From contig JAVYME010000017.1 in assembly GCA_038736825.1 (NCBI GenBank), positions 1-24,614 of the forward strand: a DNA stretch of 24,614 nucleotides, given 5' to 3'. This document shows, piece after piece, positions 15,551 through 24,614 of this stretch (position 1 is its first letter; each line of letters opens with the position of its first letter). The translations under genes were made by a program, and so were the position numbers. The DNA comes from Candidatus Iainarchaeum sp. (GTDB lineage: Archaea > Iainarchaeota > Iainarchaeia > Iainarchaeales > DTGL01). The notes below the pieces were generated by a model that was not told where the DNA came from, did not search any database, and worked only from the letters and a program-made list of their open reading frames with translations.

Positions 15551-16168
15551 ATGGGCAAAAGAAGATCACGACAAAAGCACAAGCCACCGTATCTTTTCAA
15601 AGTTCTTCCAAAAACCATTAAAACCATTGGACGCAAAGAAAAAAGCAAAATCGAAAAGCCAGCAATAAATATTTTGGCTTTGAGAAAACCTTGGCCTCAA
15701 AAATACAAGCCATTGCAGGCAACAATTCAAACTGCAATCGGTGAAATCAATGTCTTGCACATGCTAGCAATGGAAGCGCGTGCCAATATTGTTGGTCCTT
15801 TAAGTTTGCGTTTTAGGGCTGTAATGGGGCAGTCGTTCCCTAGGCCGGAGTTAATAGTTGACCCGAAAAAAATATCCAGAAAGAAAGCAATCCACAAAGC
15901 CAGAGAGCTTTCAAGAATTATTGCACAACTGCAAAATCTTGCAAGGGTTGCTGGCGTTAGTGCAGCAAAGGCTGAAAAGGGCTTGAAGGAAATTGACTCT
16001 AAGGATTGCCCGAAAGAGGTAATTGGCACAGCCAATCTTGCTTTGGGCAGAATGGCTGAAATTTCCATTGAGGCAAGGGAAATATTGTGGCAATTGGGAG
16101 AGGCGCAAAGAGTGCTTGAATTGTATGCGAGCACTGGAGCGACAAGGCTGCCGCTCAAGCCTGATTAA
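15551..16168 (+). CDS. hypothetical basic protein (ORFan)
   Basis: 205 aa from ATG 15551; the track start at 15467 is a TTG. The N-terminus is MGKRRSRQKHKPPYLFKVLPK and the remainder is helical. The 3' end overlaps the convergent thiI-like gene by 14 nt. Confidence 0.45.
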   Translation: MGKRRSRQKHKPPYLFKVLPKTIKTIGRKEKSKIEKPAINILALRKPWPQKYKPLQATIQTAIGEINVLHMLAMEARANIVGPLSLRFRAVMGQSFPRPELIVDPKKISRKKAIHKARELSRIIAQLQNLARVAGVSAAKAEKGLKEIDSKDCPKEVIGTANLALGRMAEISIEAREILWQLGEAQRVLELYASTGATRLPLKPD

Positions 16169-16790
16169 AAGGCAAAGCCCATTTCTTGCAAGCGCTTGCA
16201 AAAGCCTTTTCTGTTATTGCTTTCAAGTCAATCTTGCTTTCTTCTTCGAGCACTCTTTCAAGGCGTGCGCGAGTGCTTGGATGCTTTGGCCCCAAGACAT
16301 CGCACATTTCTGGTCCTTTTGAGAGCTCAAAAGTGCCAATTTTTTCAGCAATCCTTGTGGTTTCCAGTTTGTTGAAACACAAAAGCGGTCTTGCAATTGT
16401 TTTTCCGGAAGCCCTGCTAATGACAGCCATGTTTGCAAGCGTTTGGCTTGAAACCTGTCCAATGCTGTCACCAGTGCAAATAAAATCGCATTTTTCTTTT
16501 TCAGCCACTTTTTCCGCTATTTTGAAAAACAGTCTTCTCTGCAAAACAAAATAATAAGCGTTATCGCATTTTTCTGCAATCTCTTTTAATGCTTGCGATA
16601 AATCCAAGACAATGAATTTTTTGAATTTTAGTTTTTTTGCAATCTTGCGGGCTTTTTCAATTGATTCTGTGCCAGCAAACTCCTTGTTTGAAAAATGCAA
16701 TGCTATTACTTCTGCTTTTTTTGACGCAAGCCAGCCAGCTACAGGCGAGTCAATGCCTCCGCTTAAAAGCAGCAAAGCACGGCTTTTCAT
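16155..16790 (-). CDS. ThiI-like PP-loop ATP pyrophosphatase domain, stand-alone (no THUMP or N-terminal ferredoxin-like domain)
   Basis: [14 protein letters not shown] is the PP-loop. [40 protein letters not shown] and [15 protein letters not shown] align with the C-terminal half of ThiI as I remember it. The ATG overlaps the dnaJ stop (ATGA). Confidence 0.72.
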   Translation of the reverse strand: MKSRALLLLSGGIDSPVAGWLASKKAEVIALHFSNKEFAGTESIEKARKIAKKLKFKKFIVLDLSQALKEIAEKCDNAYYFVLQRRLFFKIAEKVAEKEKCDFICTGDSIGQVSSQTLANMAVISRASGKTIARPLLCFNKLETTRIAEKIGTFELSKGPEMCDVLGPKHPSTRARLERVLEEESKIDLKAITEKAFASACKKWALPFNQA

Positions 16791-17962
16791 GAACCAAACC
16801 CTTTTCTTATTTTTTCCTGAAACCTTTCAAAAAAGCCTTTTCTTTTCTTGCTGGTTTCCTCTTCCTTCAACAATTGCTCGAACAATTCCCTTTCTTTTTT
16901 GGAAAGCGATTTCGGGGTTTCCAGGATAACTTTAACGAATTCGTCGCCTTTGCCGATTGAATTGAGTTTTTGAATTCCTTTTTCCTTTAACCTGAAAATT
17001 GTCCCGCTCTGGGTTCCAGGCGGAATTTTCAGTTTTGCCATTCCATACAATGTTGGCACTTCAACTTCCGCTCCAAGTGCTGCCTCTGCAAAGCTTATAG
17101 GGATTTCGCAATAAACATCAAAATTGTCGCGCTTGAAAATATCGTGTGGTTCAACAAATATCACCACATAGATGTCGCCTGCCGGCCCGCCTTTTATTCC
17201 AGCATTGCCTTGTCCTGCCAAGCGCAAATAGTTTCCAGAGTCAATGCCTGCTGGCACTTTCACTTTCACTTTCTTTTTTTCCTTTTTAATGCCTTCGCCC
17301 TTGCATTCACTGCAAGGGTTTTTTGAAAACTTTCCAGTGCCCCCGCACTTGTGACAGGTTGTGATTGTTTGGAAAAAGCCAAAGGGTGTCCTGCTTGACC
17401 TTGAAACTTGGCCTGCACCGCCACAATTGGGGCAAGTTGAAATGTCTTTTTCGCTTTTATAGCCTTTGCCGTTGCATTCATTGCAGGCAATTGTTCTTTC
17501 AATTAAAATTTCTTTTTCTGTTCCAAATGCTGCTTCTTCAAAGGAAATTGAAAGAGTGAACTTTATGTCAGAGCCTTTTTTGGGGCTTTGCTTTCTTGTT
17601 GTTCTGGTTCCAAATTCTTCTCCGAAAAAGTCTCCGAAACCGCTTCTGGAAAAGGCATTGAAAATGTCTGAAAAGTCAAAATCAAAGGATGAAAAGCCTT
17701 CAAAGCCTTCTGTTCCCCTAAAGCCCTGGAATCCCTTAAAGGCATCATAGCCGTGACCGAACTGGTCATAGGCTTGCCTTTTTTGCTTGTCGGAAAGCAC
17801 TGAATATGCTTCCTGGATTTCTTTGAATTTTTCTTCTGCGTCTTTTTCGCTGCTGATGTCTGGATGGTATTTTTTTGCGAGTTCTTTGTAGGCTCGCTTT
17901 ATTTCGTCTTCGGAAGCGTTTCTTCCAACGCCTAAAATGTCATAATAGTCGCGCTTTTGCAT
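16787..17962 (-). CDS. dnaJ: type I Hsp40 co-chaperone DnaJ
   Basis: J-domain DYYDILGV...KKYHPD, a G/F-rich linker, and four CxxCxGxG zinc-finger repeats ([32 protein letters not shown]). Confidence 0.95.
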   Translation of the reverse strand: MQKRDYYDILGVGRNASEDEIKRAYKELAKKYHPDISSEKDAEEKFKEIQEAYSVLSDKQKRQAYDQFGHGYDAFKGFQGFRGTEGFEGFSSFDFDFSDIFNAFSRSGFGDFFGEEFGTRTTRKQSPKKGSDIKFTLSISFEEAAFGTEKEILIERTIACNECNGKGYKSEKDISTCPNCGGAGQVSRSSRTPFGFFQTITTCHKCGGTGKFSKNPCSECKGEGIKKEKKKVKVKVPAGIDSGNYLRLAGQGNAGIKGGPAGDIYVVIFVEPHDIFKRDNFDVYCEIPISFAEAALGAEVEVPTLYGMAKLKIPPGTQSGTIFRLKEKGIQKLNSIGKGDEFVKVILETPKSLSKKERELFEQLLKEEETSKKRKGFFERFQEKIRKGFGS

Positions 17963-17981
17963 GCAATTCCTTCACTCGGGC

Positions 17982-19859
17982 TTATTTTTTGTCTTCGTCT
18001 TCCATTTTAAAGTCTGCGTCCACGACTTTGCCTTTTTTTTCCTTCTTTTTTGCAGAACCGCTTTCTTCTGGTTCATTGCTTTCACTAGTGTCAGGTTCAG
18101 TGTTTTGTTGTCCTGCGCGCTTGTAAAGCTCTGAGGAAGCCGCCTGCATTTCTTTTTCCAGTTCTTGTTTTGCGCTTTTCACTGCCTTTGCATTATTGTC
18201 CTTCAAAGCGTTTTTTAATGCCTCTGTTTTTTGCACGATTTTTTGCCTTGCAGTTTCTGGAATTTTGTCTCCCAATTCTGAAAGCATTTTTTCAGAGGCA
18301 TAAACCATTGCCTCTGCCTCGTTCATTTCTTGCGCTTCTTCCATGCGTTTTCTGTCCTCTTCAGCGTGCTCTTCAGCCTCTCTTTTCATGCGCTCTATTT
18401 CCTCCTTGTCAAGTTTTTGCGATGCAACGATTTTAATGCTTTGCTCTTTTCCTGTGCCCAAGTCTTTTGCTGTGACATGGACTATGCCGTTTGCGTCAAT
18501 GTCAAAGGTGACTTCAATTTGTGGAACACCCCTTGGTGCTGGTGGAATCCCAATCAACTGGAACCTGCCAAGTTCCTTGTTGTCTTTTGCCATTGGGCGT
18601 TCGCCTTGCAATACGTGAATGTCCACTGCTGTCTGGTTGTCTGCGGCAGTGGAAAAAACCTGGGATTTTTTTGTTGGAATTGTTGTGTTGCGTTCAATGA
18701 GTTTTGTCATTACTCCGCCCAAGGTTTCAATTCCAAGGCTTAAAGGTGTAACATCAAGCAATAATACATCCTTTACTTCTCCGCTTAAGACTCCTGCCTG
18801 GATTGCCGCCCCCATTGCAACGCACTCCATTGGGTCAACGCCTCTTTCAGGCTTTACGCCTGTAATGTGTTCCACAAATTTTTGGATTGCAGGCATTCTT
18901 GTTGGTCCGCCAACCAGTATCACTTTGTCTATGTCTCCGGGTGTCATTTTGGCGTCAGCAATTGCTTGCATTACTGGTTTTTCGCATTTTTTAATTATTG
19001 GGTCGATTAATTGTTCGAGTTTTGCTCTTGTCAGTTTGTAGTTGAAGTGCTTGGGTTCGCCTTTGACAGAGGCCAAATATGGCAGGTTGATGTCTGTTTC
19101 AAGCACTGTGCTTAACTCTATTTTTGCCCTTTCAGCCGCCTCTCTCAAGCGCTCCATTGCGGTTTTGTCCTTTGAAATGTCCGCTCCCTCTTTTTTCTTG
19201 AATTCTGCCACCAAAAATTCAACTATAACGCGGTCCATGTCTGTGCCGCCCAGTTGAGTGTCTCCAGAAGTGCTTTTGACTTCAAAAACGCCTTGCCCGA
19301 ACTCCATTATTGTCACATCAAGTGTTCCGCCGCCAAAATCGAAAACCATTGTTTTGTGCTCTTTTTCCTTTTTGTCCAATCCATAGGCGAGAGCAGCAGC
19401 TGTCGGTTCATTAATAATCCTTATTACCTCCAAGCCAGCGATTTCTCCAGCGTCCTTTGTTGCCTGCCTTTGGTTGTCGTCAAAATAGGCTGGCACAGTG
19501 ATAACTGCCTTTTCCACTTTATCGCCTAAAAACTCTTCAGCATCCCTTTTTATTTTTTGCAAAATGAAGGCGGAAATCTGTTGTGGAGTGTATTCTTTTC
19601 CAAACACTTTATACTTGAAGTCAGTGCCCATTTTCCTTTTTGCAGCAGTAATCGTGCCTTCTGGATTGTTTACTGCCTGCCTTTTAGCCGGCTCTCCAAC
19701 CAACAACTGTCCGTCTTTTGTGAATGCAACAACGCTTGGAAAGCTCTTTCCATACAAGGAAGTGCCTTCAGCGCTTGGAATAATTTTAGGCTTTCCTGCC
19801 TCTAAAACTGCAGCAGCACTATTGCTGGTTCCCAAATCAATTCCAATCACTTTACTCAT
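17982..19859 (-). CDS. dnaK: Hsp70 chaperone DnaK
   Basis: [62 protein letters not shown] and a full substrate-binding domain. The start overlaps the grpE stop (ATGA). Confidence 0.97.
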   Translation of the reverse strand: MSKVIGIDLGTSNSAAAVLEAGKPKIIPSAEGTSLYGKSFPSVVAFTKDGQLLVGEPAKRQAVNNPEGTITAAKRKMGTDFKYKVFGKEYTPQQISAFILQKIKRDAEEFLGDKVEKAVITVPAYFDDNQRQATKDAGEIAGLEVIRIINEPTAAALAYGLDKKEKEHKTMVFDFGGGTLDVTIMEFGQGVFEVKSTSGDTQLGGTDMDRVIVEFLVAEFKKKEGADISKDKTAMERLREAAERAKIELSTVLETDINLPYLASVKGEPKHFNYKLTRAKLEQLIDPIIKKCEKPVMQAIADAKMTPGDIDKVILVGGPTRMPAIQKFVEHITGVKPERGVDPMECVAMGAAIQAGVLSGEVKDVLLLDVTPLSLGIETLGGVMTKLIERNTTIPTKKSQVFSTAADNQTAVDIHVLQGERPMAKDNKELGRFQLIGIPPAPRGVPQIEVTFDIDANGIVHVTAKDLGTGKEQSIKIVASQKLDKEEIERMKREAEEHAEEDRKRMEEAQEMNEAEAMVYASEKMLSELGDKIPETARQKIVQKTEALKNALKDNNAKAVKSAKQELEKEMQAASSELYKRAGQQNTEPDTSESNEPEESGSAKKKEKKGKVVDADFKMEDEDKK

Positions 19860-20446
19860 TTGGCATCACCTTCTTTCTCTTCCAAAACCTCTTCTTTTTT
19901 TTCTTGCGCTTCAACAACATTCAATTTTACTTTTGCAGGCCTTAAAACAAGGCCATTGAACATATAGCCTTTCTGGCATTCTTCCAAAATCTCGTTTTCT
20001 TTTTTTTCTTTCACGCTTTCCCTTAAAACGCATTCCATGCAGTTTGGGTCAAATTCTTTGCATTGAATTTCTGAAACCCCGTTTTTTTGAAATGCAGACC
20101 ATAATTGTTCGAAAAGCGCTTTAAGGCCCTTGTCTTCAGGGCATTTGTTTAAGGCTTCGCGCACTGAGTCAAGCACTGGAAGGAAACAGGAAAGCACTTC
20201 TGCTTTAGCTCGCTGTTCTTTCATGGCTGTTTCTTTGTCTCTGCGTTTCATGGCGTTTTCAAAGTCTGCTTGAACCCTTTGAAGCAAACCCTTTAATTCC
20301 TCAAACTCTCTGCCTCTTTTTTCGATTTCGCCTTGCAAGTCCACTATTTGCTTTTTCAATGGTTCAAGCAATTCCAAGCCAGCCATTGCAGCCCTTTCAG
20401 CGCTTTTCGGGCTTTTTTTTCCTTTAATTCGTTCCCTTGCAGCCAT
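19856..20446 (-). CDS. grpE: nucleotide exchange factor GrpE
   Basis: N-terminal coiled coil, [21 protein letters not shown] and [17 protein letters not shown] match GrpE. It is the first gene of the grpE-dnaK-dnaJ operon. Confidence 0.85.
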   Translation of the reverse strand: MAARERIKGKKSPKSAERAAMAGLELLEPLKKQIVDLQGEIEKRGREFEELKGLLQRVQADFENAMKRRDKETAMKEQRAKAEVLSCFLPVLDSVREALNKCPEDKGLKALFEQLWSAFQKNGVSEIQCKEFDPNCMECVLRESVKEKKENEILEECQKGYMFNGLVLRPAKVKLNVVEAQEKKEEVLEEKEGDAK

Positions 20447-20473
20447 AAAACCACTGTCTAAAAAGTTTAATCA

Positions 20474-20479
20474 TTTATA
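20474..20479 (-). promoter_or_regulatory. TATA-box candidate (TATAAA on the minus strand) for the grpE-dnaK-dnaJ operon
   Basis: 28 nt upstream of the grpE ATG at 20446. No CIRCE-like inverted repeat is visible in the spacer. Confidence 0.4.
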
Positions 20480-20583
20480 GGATTATTTGGACAATGGTTT
20501 TTTATATTTATGCCCAAAAGCAAAACAAAACCCTTTTATATCCGGAAAGTGTTATTATTTCAAAATTTTGCGAGGTTGTCGCC

Positions 20584-21972
20584 ATGAAAAGGATTGTTTT
20601 GCTTTTAATTTTAATGGTTTCAGTTTTTTCCACACCCGCTTTTGCAGACGGAATGGCTGTTTCAAGAAGGCTGGACGGGCTTTGGGGGCTTCACCCTGAA
20701 AAGCAACAGGTTGCGGCAATCAATTTCAAGGACGGCTTTCAAAACATGCTTATCTCCATAGACTTGGACAGCGAAGTGCGCGGAGAAAAAGCAGTGTGGA
20801 TTTTTCCAGTGCCAGCAAGCCCGGAAAAAGTCGTAATAGACATCCACAAGGGCTTTCCAAGATTCGCAGGCGAGGACATAGACAACATCTACAAACACAG
20901 CATTTGGGAATCGGCAACCGTTATGGGCTTTTATTCCACAATTCCGATAATTGGTCCGATAATTGGCGCCATGCTGCCACTATTTATGTTGGGTACTGCA
21001 CGTGGTGTGAACTATGAAAAAGGCATCACTATCCATGAAAGCATTCAAAAACTTGGCGTCACAACAGAACTGATTACAGCAAAAAACCAGGATGCTTTGG
21101 CGCAATACCTTCAAGGCAAGGGCTTGGAGTTGCCTGAAAAATCCAAGGCAATAATCGGGGAATACATTGGAAAGGATTATTCGTTTGTTGTTTCATACAT
21201 CAGCGATTTGGAAGAATTCAGGCTTGAAAGCCAAACCTATCGCCAAAACCCGACGTTTGACAATGAATACTACCCTTATTACGAATCACCCATTCCAATT
21301 GGGGTTTTCGTGAAATTCCCAACAGAAAAAATCTATTTCCCATTAAAGCCGACAAGCGTTTACGAGAGCGCTGAAATTCCCATCACGCTGTTTGTTGTCG
21401 GGCATGTTTCACCCAACCTTTCAAAAGAAACAAAGCCATTGTCCAAAACAAGCTATTTCATGCAAAACTATTATTATGGTTCCACTTCGGATTCAGCTGC
21501 ATTTTTCAACAACCAAGAAATCAAAAGGTTGGATTACACAAAAATCCAGATAACTGCCCCATCAAAATACTTCACAGAAGATCTTTGGATTGAAAACAGC
21601 GCCCCAATAACCGTTGGCTTGAAAGGATTTATTGCAACAAACATTTTTTGGTTTGGACTGGCATGGTTTATTGCGCTTTGCATTATTTCAAGCTTGATTG
21701 CAGGCAGGCTTGCATTCAAAAAAGACCCCTTGCTGTCAGACAAAAAACTTGCATTGCACGGCCTCTGGAACCTCTTAACCATAATTGGTTTTGGAATTGC
21801 CACCTCGCAACTCAAAACAAAAACCTTGGATCCAAAAATCGAGGCACAATTGAAAGAGCAAAACATTTCAGTGACAGTCCGCGATTCAAGGAAATTTGCC
21901 TATTTTTTCCTCTTCTATGTTGCCTTCATTGCCATCACAATAATTTCAGCATGGGTGCTGGCATTGTTATAA
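20584..21972 (+). CDS. secreted, membrane-anchored protein of unknown function
   Basis: ATG 20584 is preceded by GAGGT at 20572-20576. The signal peptide is MKRIVLLLILMVSVFSTPAFA. An ectodomain of about 350 aa is followed by three C-terminal TM helices. The upstream ATG at 20494 would add 30 non-signal residues. Confidence 0.6.
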   Translation: MKRIVLLLILMVSVFSTPAFADGMAVSRRLDGLWGLHPEKQQVAAINFKDGFQNMLISIDLDSEVRGEKAVWIFPVPASPEKVVIDIHKGFPRFAGEDIDNIYKHSIWESATVMGFYSTIPIIGPIIGAMLPLFMLGTARGVNYEKGITIHESIQKLGVTTELITAKNQDALAQYLQGKGLELPEKSKAIIGEYIGKDYSFVVSYISDLEEFRLESQTYRQNPTFDNEYYPYYESPIPIGVFVKFPTEKIYFPLKPTSVYESAEIPITLFVVGHVSPNLSKETKPLSKTSYFMQNYYYGSTSDSAAFFNNQEIKRLDYTKIQITAPSKYFTEDLWIENSAPITVGLKGFIATNIFWFGLAWFIALCIISSLIAGRLAFKKDPLLSDKKLALHGLWNLLTIIGFGIATSQLKTKTLDPKIEAQLKEQNISVTVRDSRKFAYFFLFYVAFIAITIISAWVLALL

Positions 21973-22040
21973 CCACTCCCAATTAATCTTTTAACCCCTT
22001 TTGCCTAAATTTTTTGTAAAAGATTGGAAAAGGCGTCTTT

Positions 22041-22418
22041 ATGGCAAAAAAGCCACCCAAGTCAAAAGAGTTCAAGTATGCTTATAGTCATGGCAGAGCG
22101 CGCAGGCAGGGAATCCGCCCACTGAAAAAAGCCATTGCGATTCAGGCACCCAAGGCAAGGCTTTTTGAAAAAACTCCAAGAGAGATTTTGAATGAAATAG
22201 AAAAAAGGCAAAGAGAGCTTATAGCGCAAGCCAGCATGCCAGTTAACCAATTCACTCTATTCATAAGAGCCGCTAACAGCATTCTTGGCACAGGCTTTTG
22301 GAGTGCTTGGACCAAACACTCCAACTCAACAAGGAGGGCAGGCAGCAATCCAAGCCTGAAAAAATTCATAATTATTTGGATGAGGCAATTCAATCCAGAA
22401 TACATGAAAAGACATTAA
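22041..22418 (+). CDS. hypothetical small basic protein (ORFan)
   Basis: 125-aa ATG ORF with N-terminus MAKKPPKSKEFKYAYSHGRARRQ. It ends 18 nt upstream of alaX. No family recognised. Confidence 0.4.
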   Translation: MAKKPPKSKEFKYAYSHGRARRQGIRPLKKAIAIQAPKARLFEKTPREILNEIEKRQRELIAQASMPVNQFTLFIRAANSILGTGFWSAWTKHSNSTRRAGSNPSLKKFIIIWMRQFNPEYMKRH

Positions 22419-22436
22419 AAAAAATAGGATGAGAAA

Positions 22437-23144
22437 ATGACAGAGCTTTTGTATTTGTCTGACTGCTATCTCAAAGAATTTGAAGCCACGGTTTTGAAAG
22501 CCGAAGGCAACTTCATCGAATTGGACAGCACTGCATTTTACCCCGAAAGTGGTGGACAGCCAAGCGACAAAGGAAAACTTTTTTGCAACGAACAGGAATA
22601 TGTTGTGCTGAAGTGCAAAAAACAGGCAGGCACAGTATTGCATGAAATTGATAGGCAGGGATTGAAGGCAGGGGATAAAGTGAAAGGCATTATAGACTGG
22701 AATTGGCGCTACAAATTAATGCGAATGCACACTGGAGCGCACATTCTCACAATGGCAATTCAATACTTTTTTCCCACTGCACTAGTGACTGGAGGGCAAA
22801 TTGGTTTTGAAGAAAGCAGGGATGATTATTCGTTGGAAGAATTGTCGCCAGAAATTGTGAAAAAAATTGAAGAAAAAGCCAATGAAATCGTGAATGCAGG
22901 AATTGAAGTCCAAATAAAACAGTTGCCGAGAGAAGAAGCGTTCAAGTTGCCGCAATTGTTCAAATTGCGCGATGTATTGCCGCCAAACATTCCAATAATC
23001 CGCATAATCCAAATCGCTGGTGACATGAACGCTTGCGGGGGCACTCACGTAAAAAACACTAAAGAAGTCGGCAAAATCAAAATCACTGAAACCAAAAGCA
23101 AGGGCGCTGGAAACAAAAGAATTTACTATAAATTAGAGCCTTAA
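22437..23144 (+). CDS. alaX: alanyl-tRNA editing protein AlaX-M (free-standing AlaRS editing domain)
   Basis: FYPESGGQPSDKG is the N-terminal beta-barrel motif. HTGAHIL and CGGTHV are the zinc-binding editing-site motifs. The 235-aa length fits the AlaX-M class. Confidence 0.85.
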   Translation: MTELLYLSDCYLKEFEATVLKAEGNFIELDSTAFYPESGGQPSDKGKLFCNEQEYVVLKCKKQAGTVLHEIDRQGLKAGDKVKGIIDWNWRYKLMRMHTGAHILTMAIQYFFPTALVTGGQIGFEESRDDYSLEELSPEIVKKIEEKANEIVNAGIEVQIKQLPREEAFKLPQLFKLRDVLPPNIPIIRIIQIAGDMNACGGTHVKNTKEVGKIKITETKSKGAGNKRIYYKLEP

Positions 23145-23191
23145 ACTAAAAACAGCAGGTTTTTTTAACAAAAAAGCACTTTTACTATTGA

Positions 23192-24445
23192 ATGCCGCAA
23201 TACCGTTTTTTCCCTAAAAGACAGATTGCAACGAAAACCTTTTTCTCAAAGGCAGGAAATGATAGGACGGCAGTGGTTGAAGCAGTAAGGCTGAAAAAAA
23301 TCCTTGGCACTCCAGAAATAATGCGAATTGTGGGCAAAAAAAGGGCTGAAGCCTTTTCAAGGCAAACACTGCAACCAGTAATTGAAAAATATAAGGCAAA
23401 ACAATTGACTGAAAAAGACATTGAAAACTTTAACAAGCGTGCTGGATGGGTTTTAGCGCGCTGGGAAGCCAGCATATTGGAGGAGGCAGCCAGCCAAGCT
23501 GGAAGAGTGCAAGGATTTATTGAAAGAATGATTAAAAGAACAGGGCAGGATCAGAAAGCAAAGACAAAACTGGAAAACTGGCTTTTTTTAGTGAAAGAGT
23601 TCAGGGAAACCCCAAAAGAAGAAATGTCCTTTGACAAGGCCAGAACAGTTCTTGGAATAAGGAATAGAACATTGCAGGAACTGAAGGAAAGGCAAATTGT
23701 AGTGCCAAGCGAAACAAGAAGAGACCGCCTTATAAGAACAATTAACGATTCAATCCTTTCAAGAGAGCACTTGCAGCCAGAGTTTTCCTTCAGGCACGGC
23801 GAAAAAGACTTTGTTGGCAGAAAAACCTTGATAGGGCTTGCGGTTAAGGCTGCCTTGAAGCTTGGCTCAGGCAAAAAATCGAAAAGCACTGTGCCAGAAT
23901 ATCTTGCCGAAGTGTTGACCTTGCCCCAGCTCACAGGAGAAGGCATTGGCTTTATTGCCCAAGCGGATGTCACAGGCAAAAAATTCGGGGAAAAGAAAAT
24001 AGAGGGCGTTGCAAGCATTCTTGAAAAACTTCAAGGCTTGGGCATTAACACGCCCTGGCTTGTAACCAGATTGCTTGAAGACAAGCCAAAAAGCGTGCCA
24101 GAAATCCTTCAAAAAAGAGAAATTTTTTCGCACGATTTCAAAAAAGAAAACCTTGAAGCGGTTAGACTGGAACTTGGAAAAATCTTGAACCGGCGCCAGC
24201 AAAAACTCAAAGGCTTAAAAAAACAGCAGCGGTTTGTTGGATGGCAGAGAGAGAGAACTAGAAAGATTTACGGTTCAAGGCTTGAAAGGGCACTCCTTAC
24301 AAGGGAAGACGTGCAACACTTAAGGGAAATCAGCACTCCAGAAGAAGCCATAATGGACATGCTTTCAGGCATTGTAAGGGAACCTGAAGGAAAACCCTTC
24401 AAGCCAAAAACAAACAAAAAAATAATCAGAAAACCGCAAAAATAA
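23192..24445 (+). CDS. hypothetical 417-aa basic, mostly helical protein (ORFan)
   Basis: Long ATG ORF with T-tract and TATA-like sequence about 25-30 nt upstream. No motif recognised. It has a Lys/Arg-rich C-terminal tail (KPFKPKTNKKIIRKPQK). Confidence 0.5.
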   Translation: MPQYRFFPKRQIATKTFFSKAGNDRTAVVEAVRLKKILGTPEIMRIVGKKRAEAFSRQTLQPVIEKYKAKQLTEKDIENFNKRAGWVLARWEASILEEAASQAGRVQGFIERMIKRTGQDQKAKTKLENWLFLVKEFRETPKEEMSFDKARTVLGIRNRTLQELKERQIVVPSETRRDRLIRTINDSILSREHLQPEFSFRHGEKDFVGRKTLIGLAVKAALKLGSGKKSKSTVPEYLAEVLTLPQLTGEGIGFIAQADVTGKKFGEKKIEGVASILEKLQGLGINTPWLVTRLLEDKPKSVPEILQKREIFSHDFKKENLEAVRLELGKILNRRQQKLKGLKKQQRFVGWQRERTRKIYGSRLERALLTREDVQHLREISTPEEAIMDMLSGIVREPEGKPFKPKTNKKIIRKPQK

Positions 24446-24500
24446 CCAAAACCAATTTATTGCTTTTCTCTTTATAATACTGGAAAAGGGGGTGATTTGC

Positions 24501-24614
24501 TTGAAGCACTTGTTGTCTTTAGAGGATGTTTCAAGAAAAGAGGTATTGGAAATCATTGGATTGGCTGAAAAAATCAAAAAAAACCCTTCAAAATTCAAGA
24601 CTGCCATGAAGGAC
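24501..24614 (+). CDS. aspartate/ornithine carbamoyltransferase, N-terminal 38 codons (3' end runs off the window)
   Basis: TTG start preceded by GGGGGTGA at 24488-24495 with a 5-nt spacer. (M)KHLLSLEDVSRKEVLEIIGLAEKIKKN resembles the conserved N-terminus of PyrB/ArgF. I cannot tell which of the two it is from 38 residues. Confidence 0.5.
   Translation, partial: MKHLLSLEDVSRKEVLEIIGLAEKIKKNPSKFKTAMKD

Noticed and set aside
18170-19959. Plus-strand ORFs (71-153 aa) opposite dnaK and grpE
   Set aside because: They are antisense shadow ORFs of unambiguous chaperone genes. Their composition is low-complexity Ser/Phe/Cys-rich, with no independent signals.
20494-20583. Upstream ATG giving a 492-aa version of the secreted protein
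   Set aside because: The extension (MVFYIYAQKQNKTLLYPESVIISKFCEVVA) would bury an otherwise perfect N-terminal signal peptide. ATG 20584 has a GAGGT site 7 nt upstream, and the extension overlaps the likely promoter region.
20447-20583. CIRCE/HrcA operator upstream of grpE
   Set aside because: I searched the spacer visually for TTAGCACTC-N9-GAGTGCTAA and found no close variant on either strand.
1-24614. Defence systems, CRISPR arrays, integrases, transposases or prophage boundaries
   Set aside because: I found no direct-repeat arrays, no recombinase, transposase or nuclease motifs, and no tRNA-flanked island structure. The window looks like core chromosome plus lineage-specific ORFans.

Overview
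This is an AT-rich, lysine-rich, very densely packed chromosomal window. I read it as a small-genome archaeon (DPANN-like), by inference only, since I could run no database search. Support: TTTAAAT-type TATA boxes sit about 28-31 nt upstream of first-gene start codons. Internal operon genes are led by Shine-Dalgarno sequences. Gene content includes AlaX-M, a COG2403 P-loop protein, and a DnaK that I recall resembling Thermoplasma-type archaeal DnaK. I call about 29 CDS and found no rRNA, tRNA, CRISPR array or obvious mobile element. Recognisable genes: a partial DUF2207-like membrane protein, a membrane pyrophosphatase (hppA) coupled to a small membrane protein, and a divergently transcribed three-gene [FeFe]-hydrogenase cluster (NuoE-like, NuoF-like, CpI-like HydA). 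Also present: a COG2403 P-loop protein, a GT2 glycosyltransferase, a flavin reductase-like protein, endonuclease III, a GNAT-like protein, UppP, a grpE-dnaK-dnaJ operon ending in a THUMP-less ThiI-like PP-loop gene, AlaX-M, and the first 38 codons of a carbamoyltransferase. About eight ORFans, mostly with basic termini, lie between them. Most interesting: (1) the [FeFe]-hydrogenase module in an archaeal-looking context, with streamlined or atypical cofactor sites. HydA lacks all four ligands of the His-ligated [4Fe-4S] cluster, the NuoE-like subunit has a shifted Cys ligand, and the NuoF-like subunit is core-only. (2) An unannotated 17-codon minus-strand micro-ORF (MPCCCGGSSTKKKTKKK) with a full set of expression signals. 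(3) A stand-alone ThiI PP-loop domain translationally coupled to dnaJ. (4) A Cys-to-His substitution in the Nth iron-sulfur loop. All family assignments rest on motifs I recognise by eye, and homology searches are needed to confirm them.
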